Shown: positions 50,188-60,495 of the stretch, piece after piece
Position numbering within the stretch: the stretch's first letter is position 1
Layout of the letters: every line of letters begins with the position of its first letter
NCBI GenBank assembly: GCA_041739995.1
Contig: JBGSMV010000031.1
Coordinates: 96,001 to 160,000, forward strand
Origin: Bdellovibrionota bacterium
GTDB lineage: Bacteria > Bdellovibrionota_C > UBA2361 > JBGSMV01
DNA length: 64,000 nt
Direction: 5' to 3'
Made by a program: the position numbers and the translations under genes
The notes under the pieces: generated by a model
Told to the model about the DNA's origin: nothing
Database searches by the model: none
What the model saw: the letters and a program-made list of their open reading frames with translations, nothing else

Positions 50188-50913
50188 ATGAACTCTCTTC
50201 AAGCAATCACCCGCCCATACGTAATTTTGAAGTGGGCTCAAACCTCAGACGGGTTCATCGCGCGCAGGGACTTTAGTTCTAAGTGGATTTCTGGTGAGGC
50301 CTCGCGCGAGCTGGTCCACCACTGGCGAGCGAAGGTGTCCGCCGTTCTTGTTGGCGCAAGAACTCTGTTGCACGATAATCCTGCGCTTACTGCGCGACCT
50401 GGCGGAACACTACTTCCATTCGAGCAACAACCTCTCCGGATTGCACTTCTTAATCGAGGATTGATTCCTTCTGGATTTAAAGTTCTAGACAACTCAGCGC
50501 CAACACTAGTTATCACTGCGTTGGATAATCCCTTGCATCCTGCGACTATCTCCGCTGGTGCTACGCAAACAGAAACACTCGTGTTTAACACAACATATCC
50601 AGAGCAAACACTGAACATACTAAATAATCACAAAGTGCGCTCAGTGCTTATCGAAGGTGGCGCACAGACCCTGCAAGCGTTCATTGATGTGGAACTCTGG
50701 GATGAGGTCCATATCTTTCAATCACCACAGAGGTTTGAAAGCGGCATTCCAGCTCCGACTTTTAAGATTCTCCCTTTTAGTGGAGCAAGAACTGAGATTA
50801 CCGAAGTAAGGTCTCAGCGCATCGAGTCTGATATTTTGGTCTCATATAAACGACGTGGAGCAACTGATGCCGCAGCACAACTCAACTTTCAATGCACCCT
50901 GGAAGATAATTGA
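50188..50913 (+). CDS. RibD C-terminal reductase domain protein (no deaminase domain)
   Basis: RPYVILKWAQTSDG, WISG..SR..VH.WR, DNPALTAR and VLIEGG motifs. Confidence 0.88.
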   Translation: MNSLQAITRPYVILKWAQTSDGFIARRDFSSKWISGEASRELVHHWRAKVSAVLVGARTLLHDNPALTARPGGTLLPFEQQPLRIALLNRGLIPSGFKVLDNSAPTLVITALDNPLHPATISAGATQTETLVFNTTYPEQTLNILNNHKVRSVLIEGGAQTLQAFIDVELWDEVHIFQSPQRFESGIPAPTFKILPFSGARTEITEVRSQRIESDILVSYKRRGATDAAAQLNFQCTLEDN

Positions 50914-51469
50914 AGAGCACATCTATGAAACTTTTAAGATATTTCGCCTAAAGAAATCAGGCCGTATCAATCCGCGCACCGGAAAGCGTTTCGATTTCTT
51001 CCTGATGGACGGGCTTGATTGGGCCAATGTGATTGCGCTCACCAGTGATAATAAAGTGATTTTGGTAAAACAGTACCGTCATGGTTCAGAGAGTTTTACC
51101 TATGAAATTCCTGGTGGCTGTGTCGAAGTCGAAGAGAATCCAAGTAACAGCGCTGCACGTGAGCTTAAAGAAGAGACTGGCTACGAGACTAAGTTAGATT
51201 TGGAGTTCTTGGGCACTATTCACCCCAACCCTGCTATGCAGGCTATGCGCTGCCATTGTTATATAGCGAGAAACGTCGAACGAACCCGCGAGCAAACTTT
51301 AGATCCTGGGGAAGATATCGAGGTAATCGTCAGGTCGTTGCCGGAGATTAAAGAGATGATTCTGTCAGGAGCAATTTCGCACTCTATCGTGCTTGCGGCG
51401 TTTGCGTTGTTTCAGCTTAGAGACGCTTCCTTAAACGGCAGAAATATCCGCGCCACGCCAAACTACTAG
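50867..51469 (+). CDS. NUDIX hydrolase (ADP-ribose pyrophosphatase-like)
   Basis: QYRHG, the Nudix box EIPGG...AARELKEETGY, and LDPGEDIEV. Confidence 0.92.
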   Translation: MPQHNSTFNAPWKIIEEHIYETFKIFRLKKSGRINPRTGKRFDFFLMDGLDWANVIALTSDNKVILVKQYRHGSESFTYEIPGGCVEVEENPSNSAARELKEETGYETKLDLEFLGTIHPNPAMQAMRCHCYIARNVERTREQTLDPGEDIEVIVRSLPEIKEMILSGAISHSIVLAAFALFQLRDASLNGRNIRATPNY

Positions 51470-51480
51470 TTGCCCTAGTT

Positions 51481-54300
51481 TCAGATAACTTCGTGAACCC
51501 CAGAATCCGCTTTCAAATCCGGCCTGCTAGCATCAGGGGCGGGAGTGGGCGGAGTCGGGTTCGTTCCATTGGCTGTTTTACTCGCCTCTGCCGCCGAGAG
51601 CGCAGCTTCTTCCTCTTGACGGGCCCGTCGCTCTTGAGCAGCAACTAGATCAACTTCGTATTCCTTAAGCTTCTTGTTGCGCTCGTCTGCTGAAAGGGAA
51701 AGAAACTCTAGGTATTTAGTAAGGCTATACTGAATACCCACAGCGCCTGGTTCATCCTTACCCATCTTCCCAAAGTTGAGATCGAAGGCTTGTTCAATCT
51801 TGGACGGATCTCCGTCTGACACGACGACTCCCAGAGCGCGTAGATCTCCGGCCTTGATGGCCTCCTGGTTGCTCTGGCTTGGAAATACGAGCAGAACTGA
51901 CTTCAACGAATCTGCTGCAGGAACTGCTGGTAGCGAACATTCTAAGAACTGCACATCCGTGGTTTTCACGCCCGCAAGGCCCATGGCTGCATCGATTGCC
52001 TCCTGATTGAGGTTCGATTTTGCTGCAACTTGGGTGCCTGAAATGCCCCGAATAATTCGAGCGACCTGGTCAGGTTGCACGAAGATATTATTAAAAGCTT
52101 TCACGTTCTGGTCGCTCTTAAGTTCCAAGTAATTTTCACACTTGCGTGTCGACTTCTCGCTAAAAAGATCTCGAGATGTTTTCGCAAAGTCGAAGCGCGT
52201 GCCCTTCCAAGCCTTAGCGAAATCCTGCTGGACGGTGATGCCCTTAAGATTCATGGCAACCAGGTCACCCTCACATTTTCCGTCGACGAACTTAGCGCCA
52301 GAAACTGTTCCGACCCCAACCACATCACGGCCGATACTATACTTCTCAAAAGTTGGGTTCTGGAGGTCCAGATCCATGGTGGTCGACCCTGAGGGGTTGA
52401 AGGTCTTGAACAGAACATCCTTCCCAGAAATCTTGAGCACGGAATCAGCTACATCCAACGCGAGCTCTGCACCAGGAGCGCAGCGCAGGTTGAGCCCAAC
52501 TGCCTTGAACGGGGTACCGTGGGCTACAGGGTCGAGCAGCAGTTTTTTCACTGTGAACTCTTTGCTGAGCGTAAGATTTCTAAAGTAGTCGTTATCAATC
52601 GCGTCCGTTGCCGTTGCTTCGGATCCTTTGAGTAGAAGACCAACCTTGGCGTCATCAAGAGTGGCAAACTGAGTGAGCGCTGCTCTATCGACTATCACTT
52701 CAAGTTCAACGCCTTTGCCCACATGGCTAAGCACGCAGCTACCATCTGGATCCACGCGGAATGAACTTCCCGGGATACCAAGATCAAGCGGTTGGCCCGA
52801 AGCTTCGATAACCTTAGCCCAGTCAACTAGCTCAACCTCGTCTCGGTCGCCGACGATACCCTCTTGAAGTGGCTCTTCCTCATGCTTCTTATCTTCTTCA
52901 GGAGAAGCCGGGGGTGCTTCGGATACCTTAGCGCCTATCTCCTCGAGCGCCTGCAGGTCGTTGGCTGACCGCAGATCAGATTTAACAAGTCGTTGCTTTT
53001 CTATCGGAAGTCCGCGCGCATCTTGCCAAATCGCAAGAATCTTCTCTTCGAACGGCTTCGCTTTCTTGAACGCATCCACATCAGTCGTAGTAAGAACCCG
53101 TACCTGCTTTGCAGCTGATTGTTTGGGTGTCAAATATTCTAGTTTCTCTTGCTGAACAATGATGCTCACTGCTTCTGCACGCGCTTCGACCGATCGGTTG
53201 GCTCGAACAAGATCACGAGCACTGAGGGCTTCGGCAATTTCCTTCTTGACCTGACGGTGGTTCCCTTTGAAATGGTCACCCAGATTTTTCTTGGCCGTTT
53301 CCCAGAGCTCAACTCTGCGAGTAAGCACGCTACAGGCATCTTCAATATATTTGAGCGAGTAATCTCCAGGGTGCGCTTCCATTGCAGGGAAGAATCGATT
53401 GGCTTTCTCGCGACTATAAAGGCCTCCTTCGACCGCTCGTGATATCAAATCATGAAGTTTGTTAAGTGCTTCCTCTCTCCGTTCCTCAGGACTCGGTGCT
53501 GTAGGTGATCCACCTGACGTTTTATTGCCTGCTGCCGCGGGGGGAGATTCCGATGTTCCTTTATCCGACGCGTCAGCTCCGGACGCAGCTTTCGGGGCAG
53601 CTCCCTTCCCTGCTGCTGGCGCGCTGCCGGGGGTCGAATCTCTGCCTGAGGTATCAGAATTTTCGACTCCTGTCGCTGTCTTAGACTTTGCGGCAGTTCC
53701 ATCTGGCGACGTCCCATCCGCGGTAGCGGGCGAGTCTTTCGCAATCAAAGGAGCAATGACAGATGCAACTTTTGGATCATCGTGCGCTACATCTTTGAGC
53801 GCTCGACGGGCATGGTCCCATGGGGTTCCAGTGAGAGTCTTCAGCGCCGTAACGCCATGCACCGGAAGAATCTGCTCAGGAGACACTCTGGCCTCTTCGC
53901 AGAACTCGGCGAACGTCTGTGCCTTTCCTTCTCCCAGATCTACTTTGTCACCAGACAGCTTCTGTCGAACGAGAGTAGACCACGAGCCTTGCCCTTTGAG
54001 CGTTAAAAACTTTTCAAGAGTTTCGAGTTCGGATGCATTCAGCTTTGCCTCTTGAGCACGAGCTCTAGTTGCTTGGCAGAACTTCTCTAGGTTCGATTGA
54101 CTTATGGTTGGGGTCTTTGGTTGCGCGTCGCCGTTCTGCTCAGTCTCTAAGATTTTTGGGGCGCTACCGTTCAAATTGGTACTAGTAAGTACGACAACCG
54201 CCTTCGCACCACCGATACAAAGCTCCGCCCTCGCCTCTTTCGCATCCTTGGTCGCTGGTTGTTTCCCCGCACCCTCTGCTGCTGATTGTTGCGCTGTCAT
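51481..54300 (-). CDS. Large hypothetical protein (about 940 aa)
   Basis: Long uninterrupted ORF with a GAGG RBS before ATG 54300; no family recognised. Confidence 0.75.
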   Translation of the reverse strand: MTAQQSAAEGAGKQPATKDAKEARAELCIGGAKAVVVLTSTNLNGSAPKILETEQNGDAQPKTPTISQSNLEKFCQATRARAQEAKLNASELETLEKFLTLKGQGSWSTLVRQKLSGDKVDLGEGKAQTFAEFCEEARVSPEQILPVHGVTALKTLTGTPWDHARRALKDVAHDDPKVASVIAPLIAKDSPATADGTSPDGTAAKSKTATGVENSDTSGRDSTPGSAPAAGKGAAPKAASGADASDKGTSESPPAAAGNKTSGGSPTAPSPEERREEALNKLHDLISRAVEGGLYSREKANRFFPAMEAHPGDYSLKYIEDACSVLTRRVELWETAKKNLGDHFKGNHRQVKKEIAEALSARDLVRANRSVEARAEAVSIIVQQEKLEYLTPKQSAAKQVRVLTTTDVDAFKKAKPFEEKILAIWQDARGLPIEKQRLVKSDLRSANDLQALEEIGAKVSEAPPASPEEDKKHEEEPLQEGIVGDRDEVELVDWAKVIEASGQPLDLGIPGSSFRVDPDGSCVLSHVGKGVELEVIVDRAALTQFATLDDAKVGLLLKGSEATATDAIDNDYFRNLTLSKEFTVKKLLLDPVAHGTPFKAVGLNLRCAPGAELALDVADSVLKISGKDVLFKTFNPSGSTTMDLDLQNPTFEKYSIGRDVVGVGTVSGAKFVDGKCEGDLVAMNLKGITVQQDFAKAWKGTRFDFAKTSRDLFSEKSTRKCENYLELKSDQNVKAFNNIFVQPDQVARIIRGISGTQVAAKSNLNQEAIDAAMGLAGVKTTDVQFLECSLPAVPAADSLKSVLLVFPSQSNQEAIKAGDLRALGVVVSDGDPSKIEQAFDLNFGKMGKDEPGAVGIQYSLTKYLEFLSLSADERNKKLKEYEVDLVAAQERRARQEEEAALSAAEASKTANGTNPTPPTPAPDASRPDLKADSGVHEVI

Positions 54301-54455
54301 GACATCCTCAAAAGTGTGACCACCCAGGGTACCGACAAGGGTACCGCTACTCAAACCAGGCCCAGGGCCCGATATTTCGAGCCTGCAAACGAAAACACGC
54401 CTAGCCGACACTGTTATGGCGACTCTCCCCACCGACCGCTCCTAACGACCCCCTC

Positions 54456-54472
54456 CTGGAGCCGGGCTCCTC
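54456..54472 (+). repeat. Short palindromic intergenic repeat CTGGAGCCGGGCTCCTC
   Basis: Exact reverse complement at 56718-56734; partial copies at 54589-54600 and 56750-56765. Confidence 0.6.
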
Positions 54473-54750
54473 TCCCAACCACTTCCTCAAATAAATCTAA
54501 TACCTTAACCGCCTAGCCACCAAATGAATCGGTGGCTCTCATGCACTTCATCGCAGAAACCGATATGCCAAGACCCCGATCGCCCTTATGGAGCCGGGCT
54601 ACCATCTCCAAATACCTAGAGACGGGTGCGTGCTGGTGGGGGGGGCTCAATATGTGAAAGGCTGACCGATGGAAAACAACGAAGCTTCATTGAATGAGCT
54701 CTGAGCTCTCCAAGCCTGTACCAAGGAAGCTGAAACGAAATTCAAGGCTC

Positions 54751-54788
54751 AAAGCAAAACGGCTGTGCGAGTCTCCCCGCGCAGCCGT
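54751..54788 (-). terminator. Intrinsic terminator downstream of ssb
   Basis: Minus strand reads ACGGCTGCGCG-loop-CGCACAGCCGT followed by TTTGCTTT. Confidence 0.7.
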
Positions 54789-54863
54789 CCTGGTAAGCCA
54801 ATTCTTCCCGAGGCTCTCTTGAAACCTCAGGCAGTCAGTTTGGCTATCAACCCTGTGGTCTAT

Positions 54864-55352
54864 TTAGAAAGGAATGTCATCGTCATCAAACGGAACTTCC
54901 GCCGATGCTTTGCTCCCTGAACTCGCAATCGCATCTGCGCTTGGCAACGAATTCATCAATCCTCGGCCCGCAGAAACTTCATCAGAGCTGCTACTTACTG
55001 AGACAGAATCCCCAGAAGATTTTCCAGCGCCACCGACGAATTGAACCGTCGCTGCAACGATCTCTGTGGAATAGCGATCCTTGCCTTCCTTGTCCTGCCA
55101 CTTACGGGTTTGAATTTTGCCTTCGATGAAGGCTTGGCGCCCCTTTTTCAAGTACTGACTGCAGTTCTCTGCCGTCTTTCCGAAAGTCACCACATTGTGC
55201 CACTCGGTATGATCAACCCAAGCACCACTCTGGTCTTTACGACGCTCGCTGGTCGCCACGGAAAAACTACAGATTGGATTCTGCGCTGTGGTGTAGCGAA
55301 GCTCTGGATCCTTACCAAGATTGCCCAAAAGAAAGACTTTATTTACTCCCAT
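54864..55352 (-). CDS. ssb: Single-stranded DNA-binding protein
   Basis: VNKVFLLGNLGKDPELRYT, TEWHNV and C-terminal DDDIPF motifs. Confidence 0.98.
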   Translation of the reverse strand: MGVNKVFLLGNLGKDPELRYTTAQNPICSFSVATSERRKDQSGAWVDHTEWHNVVTFGKTAENCSQYLKKGRQAFIEGKIQTRKWQDKEGKDRYSTEIVAATVQFVGGAGKSSGDSVSVSSSSDEVSAGRGLMNSLPSADAIASSGSKASAEVPFDDDDIPF

Positions 55353-55991
55353 ACTACATTCTCCTCTCTCAAAAATTGCATTCGTATCAATATAACAAAC
55401 GTATATATCGACGAAATTCGGCGGGAGTTTCGTGTGCCCGATATCGCCCATCAGTACACGGCTTACCGCACCCCTCTAGCAGGCTCGTTGAATCCGGCGC
55501 AGAAACCACACGTTCCAAGCGAGCAGATATAGTCGATTGGGCGAGGCAATGAAAGTTAAAGCCACCGTCTCCGTACCCACTCACGCAGCTCGGTTAACAA
55601 ATGGCATTTATTAGAGAATATTCCGATTTCCGAGGGGATTTCTTAGTATCATATCAATAGCTCGCCTAACTTCGGCATTGAGGGCGGATAGAGCCCAAGG
55701 GGAAACGGCGCACTAAAACCAGCGCTCGAATATGACCCGCGCTTCACGACGAAGATTTTTAAGGCCTCGAATGAACTCTATTCGAAGCTGCCGATCCTCC
55801 GAGAGACACCACATGCGCTTTCCGGATCGCTCGGGTTGATAGAATTGATCAATCGACTGCGAAATGAGTTTCCTCTGACACGATGACCTCGACCCTAGGT
55901 AGGCCGATGTGATAATCAGACCGCACCAGCCAAGCTCCAGAAGAAAAACGATGTGAGCGTCGTATCCCGGACTTGGACCAGAGGAGAGAAT

Positions 55992-56639
55992 ATGAAAGTC
56001 CGAGTAAGCCACCTCCCGCCCGAAGGACTCGCGGTCAAGAGCGAACTCTCATTAGAGAATCTAAATGCTCGCATGGGCGAAGGACGGCACGGCGATGACA
56101 TCAAATTCACCTCCGCCCCTCAAGTCGACCTGGTGGTTACCAAAACACCGCAAGGCGCCGAAACCAAGGGCAGGGTCTCTGCCCGCTACTCGCAACTCTG
56201 TGGACGCTGTGACGACGTCGTGGAGCGTAGCCTAGAGGTAGAAGCAAACTGGGTGATTCATCGAAAGCCAGATGCTCCCCATACCAAAACCAAGAAACAC
56301 TCAGATCCACTGGGGCAGTCGCCGGATAAAAAGACCTTCGAGAAGAAGCCCAGTACCCGACCTTCTCAAGATGTCGAAGTTCATCCAGAAGACTTCGAGG
56401 ACGATGTTGGAATTTCCTTTTTTGAGGGCGACCAGTTTGACCTGGAGTCACTCCTTCAAGAACTACTGATCCTTCAACTTGACCCGTATTGGCACCCGAC
56501 CTGCAACAGCTCGGGTGAATGTTCTTGTTGCGGGAAGGTGGTGGAAGTACCCGATGAAGATGGACAAGCAGGCACGGCTCCTCTTGAGAATATTTCGTTG
56601 GGGGCTCTACTGAAAAAAGCAGGGATATCGAATAACTAG
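55992..56639 (+). CDS. yceD: DUF177/YceD family protein
   Basis: CGRC, DLESLLQELLILQL and C...GECSCCG motifs; GGAG RBS. Confidence 0.82.
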   Translation: MKVRVSHLPPEGLAVKSELSLENLNARMGEGRHGDDIKFTSAPQVDLVVTKTPQGAETKGRVSARYSQLCGRCDDVVERSLEVEANWVIHRKPDAPHTKTKKHSDPLGQSPDKKTFEKKPSTRPSQDVEVHPEDFEDDVGISFFEGDQFDLESLLQELLILQLDPYWHPTCNSSGECSCCGKVVEVPDEDGQAGTAPLENISLGALLKKAGISNN

Positions 56640-56717
56640 CAGTCGCTCCGCAACCTCCCCAATGCGCTGCTTGGTGTTAAGAACAGGCAGGGACTAGAGT
56701 CCGGTCGAAGCTAGATT

Positions 56718-56765
56718 GAGGAGCCCGGCTCCAGAGAAGGGCTCAAGTGGAGGAGCCCCCTCCAG
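56718..56765 (-). repeat. Two tandem copies of the GAGGAGCCC(GG)CTCCAG repeat
   Basis: GAGGAGCCCGGCTCCAG...GAGGAGCCCCCTCCAG between the convergent yceD and peptidase genes. Confidence 0.55.
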
Positions 56766-56773
56766 AATAAGGC

Positions 56774-57943
56774 TCATCCCGACGTCGCTGCGCGGACGGC
56801 GATTTGCTCGATTTCAGACGGCTTTAGTTTTAGCTCTCTGCTTAGCGCCTCAATAAAGGGCATCCGTCGAGCTGCAACGAGCTCATAAACCCGCATCATC
56901 GCAGGCAAACCGAAACGAGCTTCAATGCCATGAAAATACATCGATGCTCGCGAGTAGTCCTGCCCGGAATATCCAAACGTCCAAGAACCTGGTCTCTGCT
57001 GCATCGCCTCTATCGCTTGCCTTCTATGTGTCTGCGCAACTACCCCACGTTGAATGAGACTTGATTGGTCAGCTGCAAACGACTCAAACCAAGTCGCAAA
57101 ACCCTCGGCACGCACACCCTCCGGAGGAAGAGGCCGAGCGAGCAAGTAATATTCAACCGCGTGACCAATTTCATGCACAAGAAGTTGCGCAAGCTCCGAA
57201 TCAGCTACCACGCTCGCTGTCGCTCTGCCGCTACATTGCCCAGTCACCCGCGAAGCCACCACATAGATATTCGCAGGCGGGGTCATCCACCCTGGATGAC
57301 ACGTCGTACGTAAATACTCAGGAATTTGACCAGCCGGGAGATCTCCATCGAAGAAAACCACCTGCCAGTTCAGTCGAAGGTTTTTAACTCGTGGTGGGAA
57401 AGCTTTGCGCTTAAGCGCCTTACTCGCAGTCAATGCTGCGTCAGCCATGGCGCGTTCCGGAGTTCTCCCGAATAACCTCTCAACCGACCGGGGCCATCGC
57501 AACTCAATCGGACCAAGCGCTGAATTCATCGATACTCGGCGAATACTCCCCTCGAGATCTACCTCAGACGGCGCCGCTAACTGAACAGACGAAGGAACTC
57601 CAGTACCGCCTCTTCCCACGCTGGGCATGCCTGTTGGCTTCTCCAGCGGATTGAACGGCCCAGACCTCTGTGGCACCTTTTCCGCTTCCTTCGCCACCGT
57701 CGAGGAGCCTTGAAAACACCGCGCAGAATCTCGGTAAGTCTCAGGTACGGCGCTGCGGCCGTTGACCTGGCGCACCGCTCCGCTGCTTTCCGTAAAAATA
57801 CAAAACTCTGAAACGCCCTGCCCAAGAAGAGGGCTCGGGCTAAGACAGGCCACGATACAGAAAGGAATATAAAACGTCGTGATCCTTAAGAACCGTCGAA
57901 CTTTGTGGGCCGCTATGGCTACTTGCTTCAGCCGCACCCGCAA
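56774..57943 (-). CDS. Exported putative zinc metallopeptidase (gluzincin/MA-like)
   Basis: HEIGH followed by EGFA; hydrophobic N-terminus. Start uncertain. Confidence 0.65.
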   Translation of the reverse strand: MRVRLKQVAIAAHKVRRFLRITTFYIPFCIVACLSPSPLLGQGVSEFCIFTESSGAVRQVNGRSAVPETYRDSARCFQGSSTVAKEAEKVPQRSGPFNPLEKPTGMPSVGRGGTGVPSSVQLAAPSEVDLEGSIRRVSMNSALGPIELRWPRSVERLFGRTPERAMADAALTASKALKRKAFPPRVKNLRLNWQVVFFDGDLPAGQIPEYLRTTCHPGWMTPPANIYVVASRVTGQCSGRATASVVADSELAQLLVHEIGHAVEYYLLARPLPPEGVRAEGFATWFESFAADQSSLIQRGVVAQTHRRQAIEAMQQRPGSWTFGYSGQDYSRASMYFHGIEARFGLPAMMRVYELVAARRMPFIEALSRELKLKPSEIEQIAVRAATSG

Positions 57944-57948
57944 ACCTC

Positions 57949-60495
57949 CTAGGCTTCCGCAGTCAGCGGCGAACCCCCGCGCTTCAACTTCTTAGGACCA
58001 ATGCGACGCGTCTTGCCTCGCCCTGGTAAAAGAGCAATCTCCAATACCTCGGAGATGTGTTTGACGGGAACAAACTTGATCCGAGCGCGTTGCTCCTTCG
58101 GGATATCTTCAATATCCTTTATGTTCTCAAACGGAATAATAATCTTAGTAATTCCGTAGCGGAGTGCGGCCAGCGCCTTCTCTTTAAGGCCACCCACGGG
58201 AAGAATATTTCCTCTGAGTGTGATTTCGCCGGTCATGGCGATCTCCTTTGATACCTTGCGTTGAGTCAACGCCGAAACTAAGGCAGTCCCAATCGTGATT
58301 CCTGCAGATGGCCCGTCTTTAGGCGTCGCACCTCCTGGAACATGAATGTGAATGTCGTAGCTGTCCGTAAACTTAGGGTCTATGCCGAGTTGCTCTGCGT
58401 TCGCTCGAGCATAGAACAACGCTGCTTGAGCAGACTCTTGCATCACACTTCCAAGCTGTCCGGTGAGATTCAAAGACCCTTTCCCGGCTGCGATGGAAGC
58501 CTCGATCGGCATCATCTCGCCGCCATAGATGGTCCAGGCCAACCCGCGCACTAGGCCCACTAAATCTCTCTTCTCGTTCGAGTCCGGGTCAAACTTGGTA
58601 TTCCCAAGCAACGCAGTAACATCGCGCGTCGAGATAAGTTTCTTTGGCTTGCTGCCATTGGCAACGCCGCGAGCTACTTTTCGAAGCAAAGAACCAAGTT
58701 CTCGTTCGAGATTTCGCACACCGGCTTCATGCGTATAGCGCTCAATGACGTAAAGAAGCGCTGAGTCATCGATAGAAAACTTAAAGTTTTCGAGCCCGTT
58801 TTCCTTACGCTGTCGTGGAATCAGATATTTCTTAGCGATATGCACCTTTTCATCAGTGGTATAGCCAGAAATGTATATCACCTCTAAGCGGTCAAGGAGC
58901 GCATCGGGAATGGTATCCATGGTGTTGGCAGTCGCCACAAACAAAATACTGGAAAGGTCGAACGGCATGTTCAGATAATGATCTCTGAAATCCTTATTCT
59001 GAGCAGGATCCAAAACTTCAAGCAGAGCCGATGAGGGGTCTCCTCTATAATCAGCCCCAACTTTGTCGAGTTCATCCAGAACAAATACCGGATTCCTACT
59101 GCCGCAAGACTTTAGGCCTTGCAGGATTCTTCCTGGCAGAGCGCCAACATAGGTTCGTCGATGTCCTCGAATTTCTGCCTCATCCCGCACACCGCCAAGT
59201 GACATGCGAAAGAATTTACGGTCGAGCGCATGCGCAATCGAACGTCCGAGAGAAGTCTTCCCCACTCCTGGAGGTCCCACGAAGCATAGAATCGGCCCCT
59301 TGGATTCCGGGTTCAATTTGCGAACTGCTAGATACTCAAGGATTCTGTCCTTGGCTTTCTCTATCCCGTAGTGGTCCGCATCAAGAATTCGCTTGGCACG
59401 CTTTAAGTCGAGCCGATCGTCTGTGGTCGTAGTCCAAGGAAGATCCGCTACCCACTCAAGATAAGTGCGAAGCATTGCGTACTCACTTGACTCCGCATGC
59501 ATGCGCTCAAGACGACTCAGTTGCTTGAACGCTTCGCCACGCGCAAAGTCAGGAAGCTTCACTTTTTCAAGGGCCTGACGCAGTTGCTTCAAGTCGTCAG
59601 CATCCCCTGCCTCTTCCCCGAGCTCACGCTGAATCTGCTTTACTTGCTCACGCAGAAAGAATTCACGCTGCCCTTTGGTCATCTCATCGCGAGCCTGATC
59701 TCTGATTCGTTCAGATACCAGCAAACGACTGAGATCATCACTTATCATCGAGTCACAAGTGCGAATACGCTTGAGAGGATCGAGTTCTTCTAAAATGGCC
59801 TGGGCATAATCAATATCAAGCTTGTAGTGCGCGACGATAACGTCAGTAAGTACTCCCGGATCGGAAATGTCTTGTGTCACCACCAGCATTTCCTCAGGCA
59901 AATGTTCGTGCTCGACCAGTACCTGCAGATTTTCACGAACGCGATTGATGATGGCCTCATCCTGGGCAGAGAGTCGCTTCACTTCCATCGGAGCCAAGGG
60001 GACAATCGTCGCGTAAGTAATGCCTTCACGATTCTTGTACTCCGTTACTCGCGCTCTCACGATGCCTTGCAGCAGAACCTTGTAGCGACCATCAGGGAGC
60101 CGCAAAGTTCTTACAATATTGGCGACAACTCCGATCGAGAAAAGCTCTTTGGAAGTTGGATTTTCAGTGTCGGCGTTGCGCTGAGCGACCACAAGTATCA
60201 GCGCATTCTTCTCTCCTGCATGCTCAACGGCTTTTATGCTCGCTGCTCGTCCCACATGCAAAGACATCATCACGGAAGGGAAAGCCACCATGTCTTTGGT
60301 CGGAAGAACCGGGAGCACCTCAGGAACTGATATCATCTCAGTCTGCGGCACAGCTTTTCGCGCGCCAGCCGATTTTCCCTTTGCTGAAGACTTGGCTGAA
60401 GATTTCGCCGAAGATTTATTAGCGCGCGACGTTACTTTCTTCGCCTTCGCTGTTTTGCTTGCCGTACTGGAACCCTTCTTCCGCTTTGCGCTCAT
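57949..60495 (-). CDS. lon: ATP-dependent protease La
   Basis: GPPGVGKTS, RGHRRTYVGA, LDELDK, PKDGPSAG and GGLKEK motifs. Confidence 0.98.
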   Translation of the reverse strand: MSAKRKKGSSTASKTAKAKKVTSRANKSSAKSSAKSSAKGKSAGARKAVPQTEMISVPEVLPVLPTKDMVAFPSVMMSLHVGRAASIKAVEHAGEKNALILVVAQRNADTENPTSKELFSIGVVANIVRTLRLPDGRYKVLLQGIVRARVTEYKNREGITYATIVPLAPMEVKRLSAQDEAIINRVRENLQVLVEHEHLPEEMLVVTQDISDPGVLTDVIVAHYKLDIDYAQAILEELDPLKRIRTCDSMISDDLSRLLVSERIRDQARDEMTKGQREFFLREQVKQIQRELGEEAGDADDLKQLRQALEKVKLPDFARGEAFKQLSRLERMHAESSEYAMLRTYLEWVADLPWTTTTDDRLDLKRAKRILDADHYGIEKAKDRILEYLAVRKLNPESKGPILCFVGPPGVGKTSLGRSIAHALDRKFFRMSLGGVRDEAEIRGHRRTYVGALPGRILQGLKSCGSRNPVFVLDELDKVGADYRGDPSSALLEVLDPAQNKDFRDHYLNMPFDLSSILFVATANTMDTIPDALLDRLEVIYISGYTTDEKVHIAKKYLIPRQRKENGLENFKFSIDDSALLYVIERYTHEAGVRNLERELGSLLRKVARGVANGSKPKKLISTRDVTALLGNTKFDPDSNEKRDLVGLVRGLAWTIYGGEMMPIEASIAAGKGSLNLTGQLGSVMQESAQAALFYARANAEQLGIDPKFTDSYDIHIHVPGGATPKDGPSAGITIGTALVSALTQRKVSKEIAMTGEITLRGNILPVGGLKEKALAALRYGITKIIIPFENIKDIEDIPKEQRARIKFVPVKHISEVLEIALLPGRGKTRRIGPKKLKRGGSPLTAEA

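Noticed and set aside
53459..54055. Long antisense ORFs here and opposite many other genes
   Set aside because: They are shadows of well-supported genes on the other strand and carry no motifs of their own.
55690..55890. Open plus-strand frame (…YDPRFTTKIF…NEFPLTR*) between ssb and yceD
   Set aside because: It has no suitable start codon near its 5' end and no recognisable family; it may be a remnant but cannot be supported.
56636..56714. CTAG-bounded segments after the yceD stop
   Set aside because: No terminal inverted repeats and no second copy, so not called a MITE.
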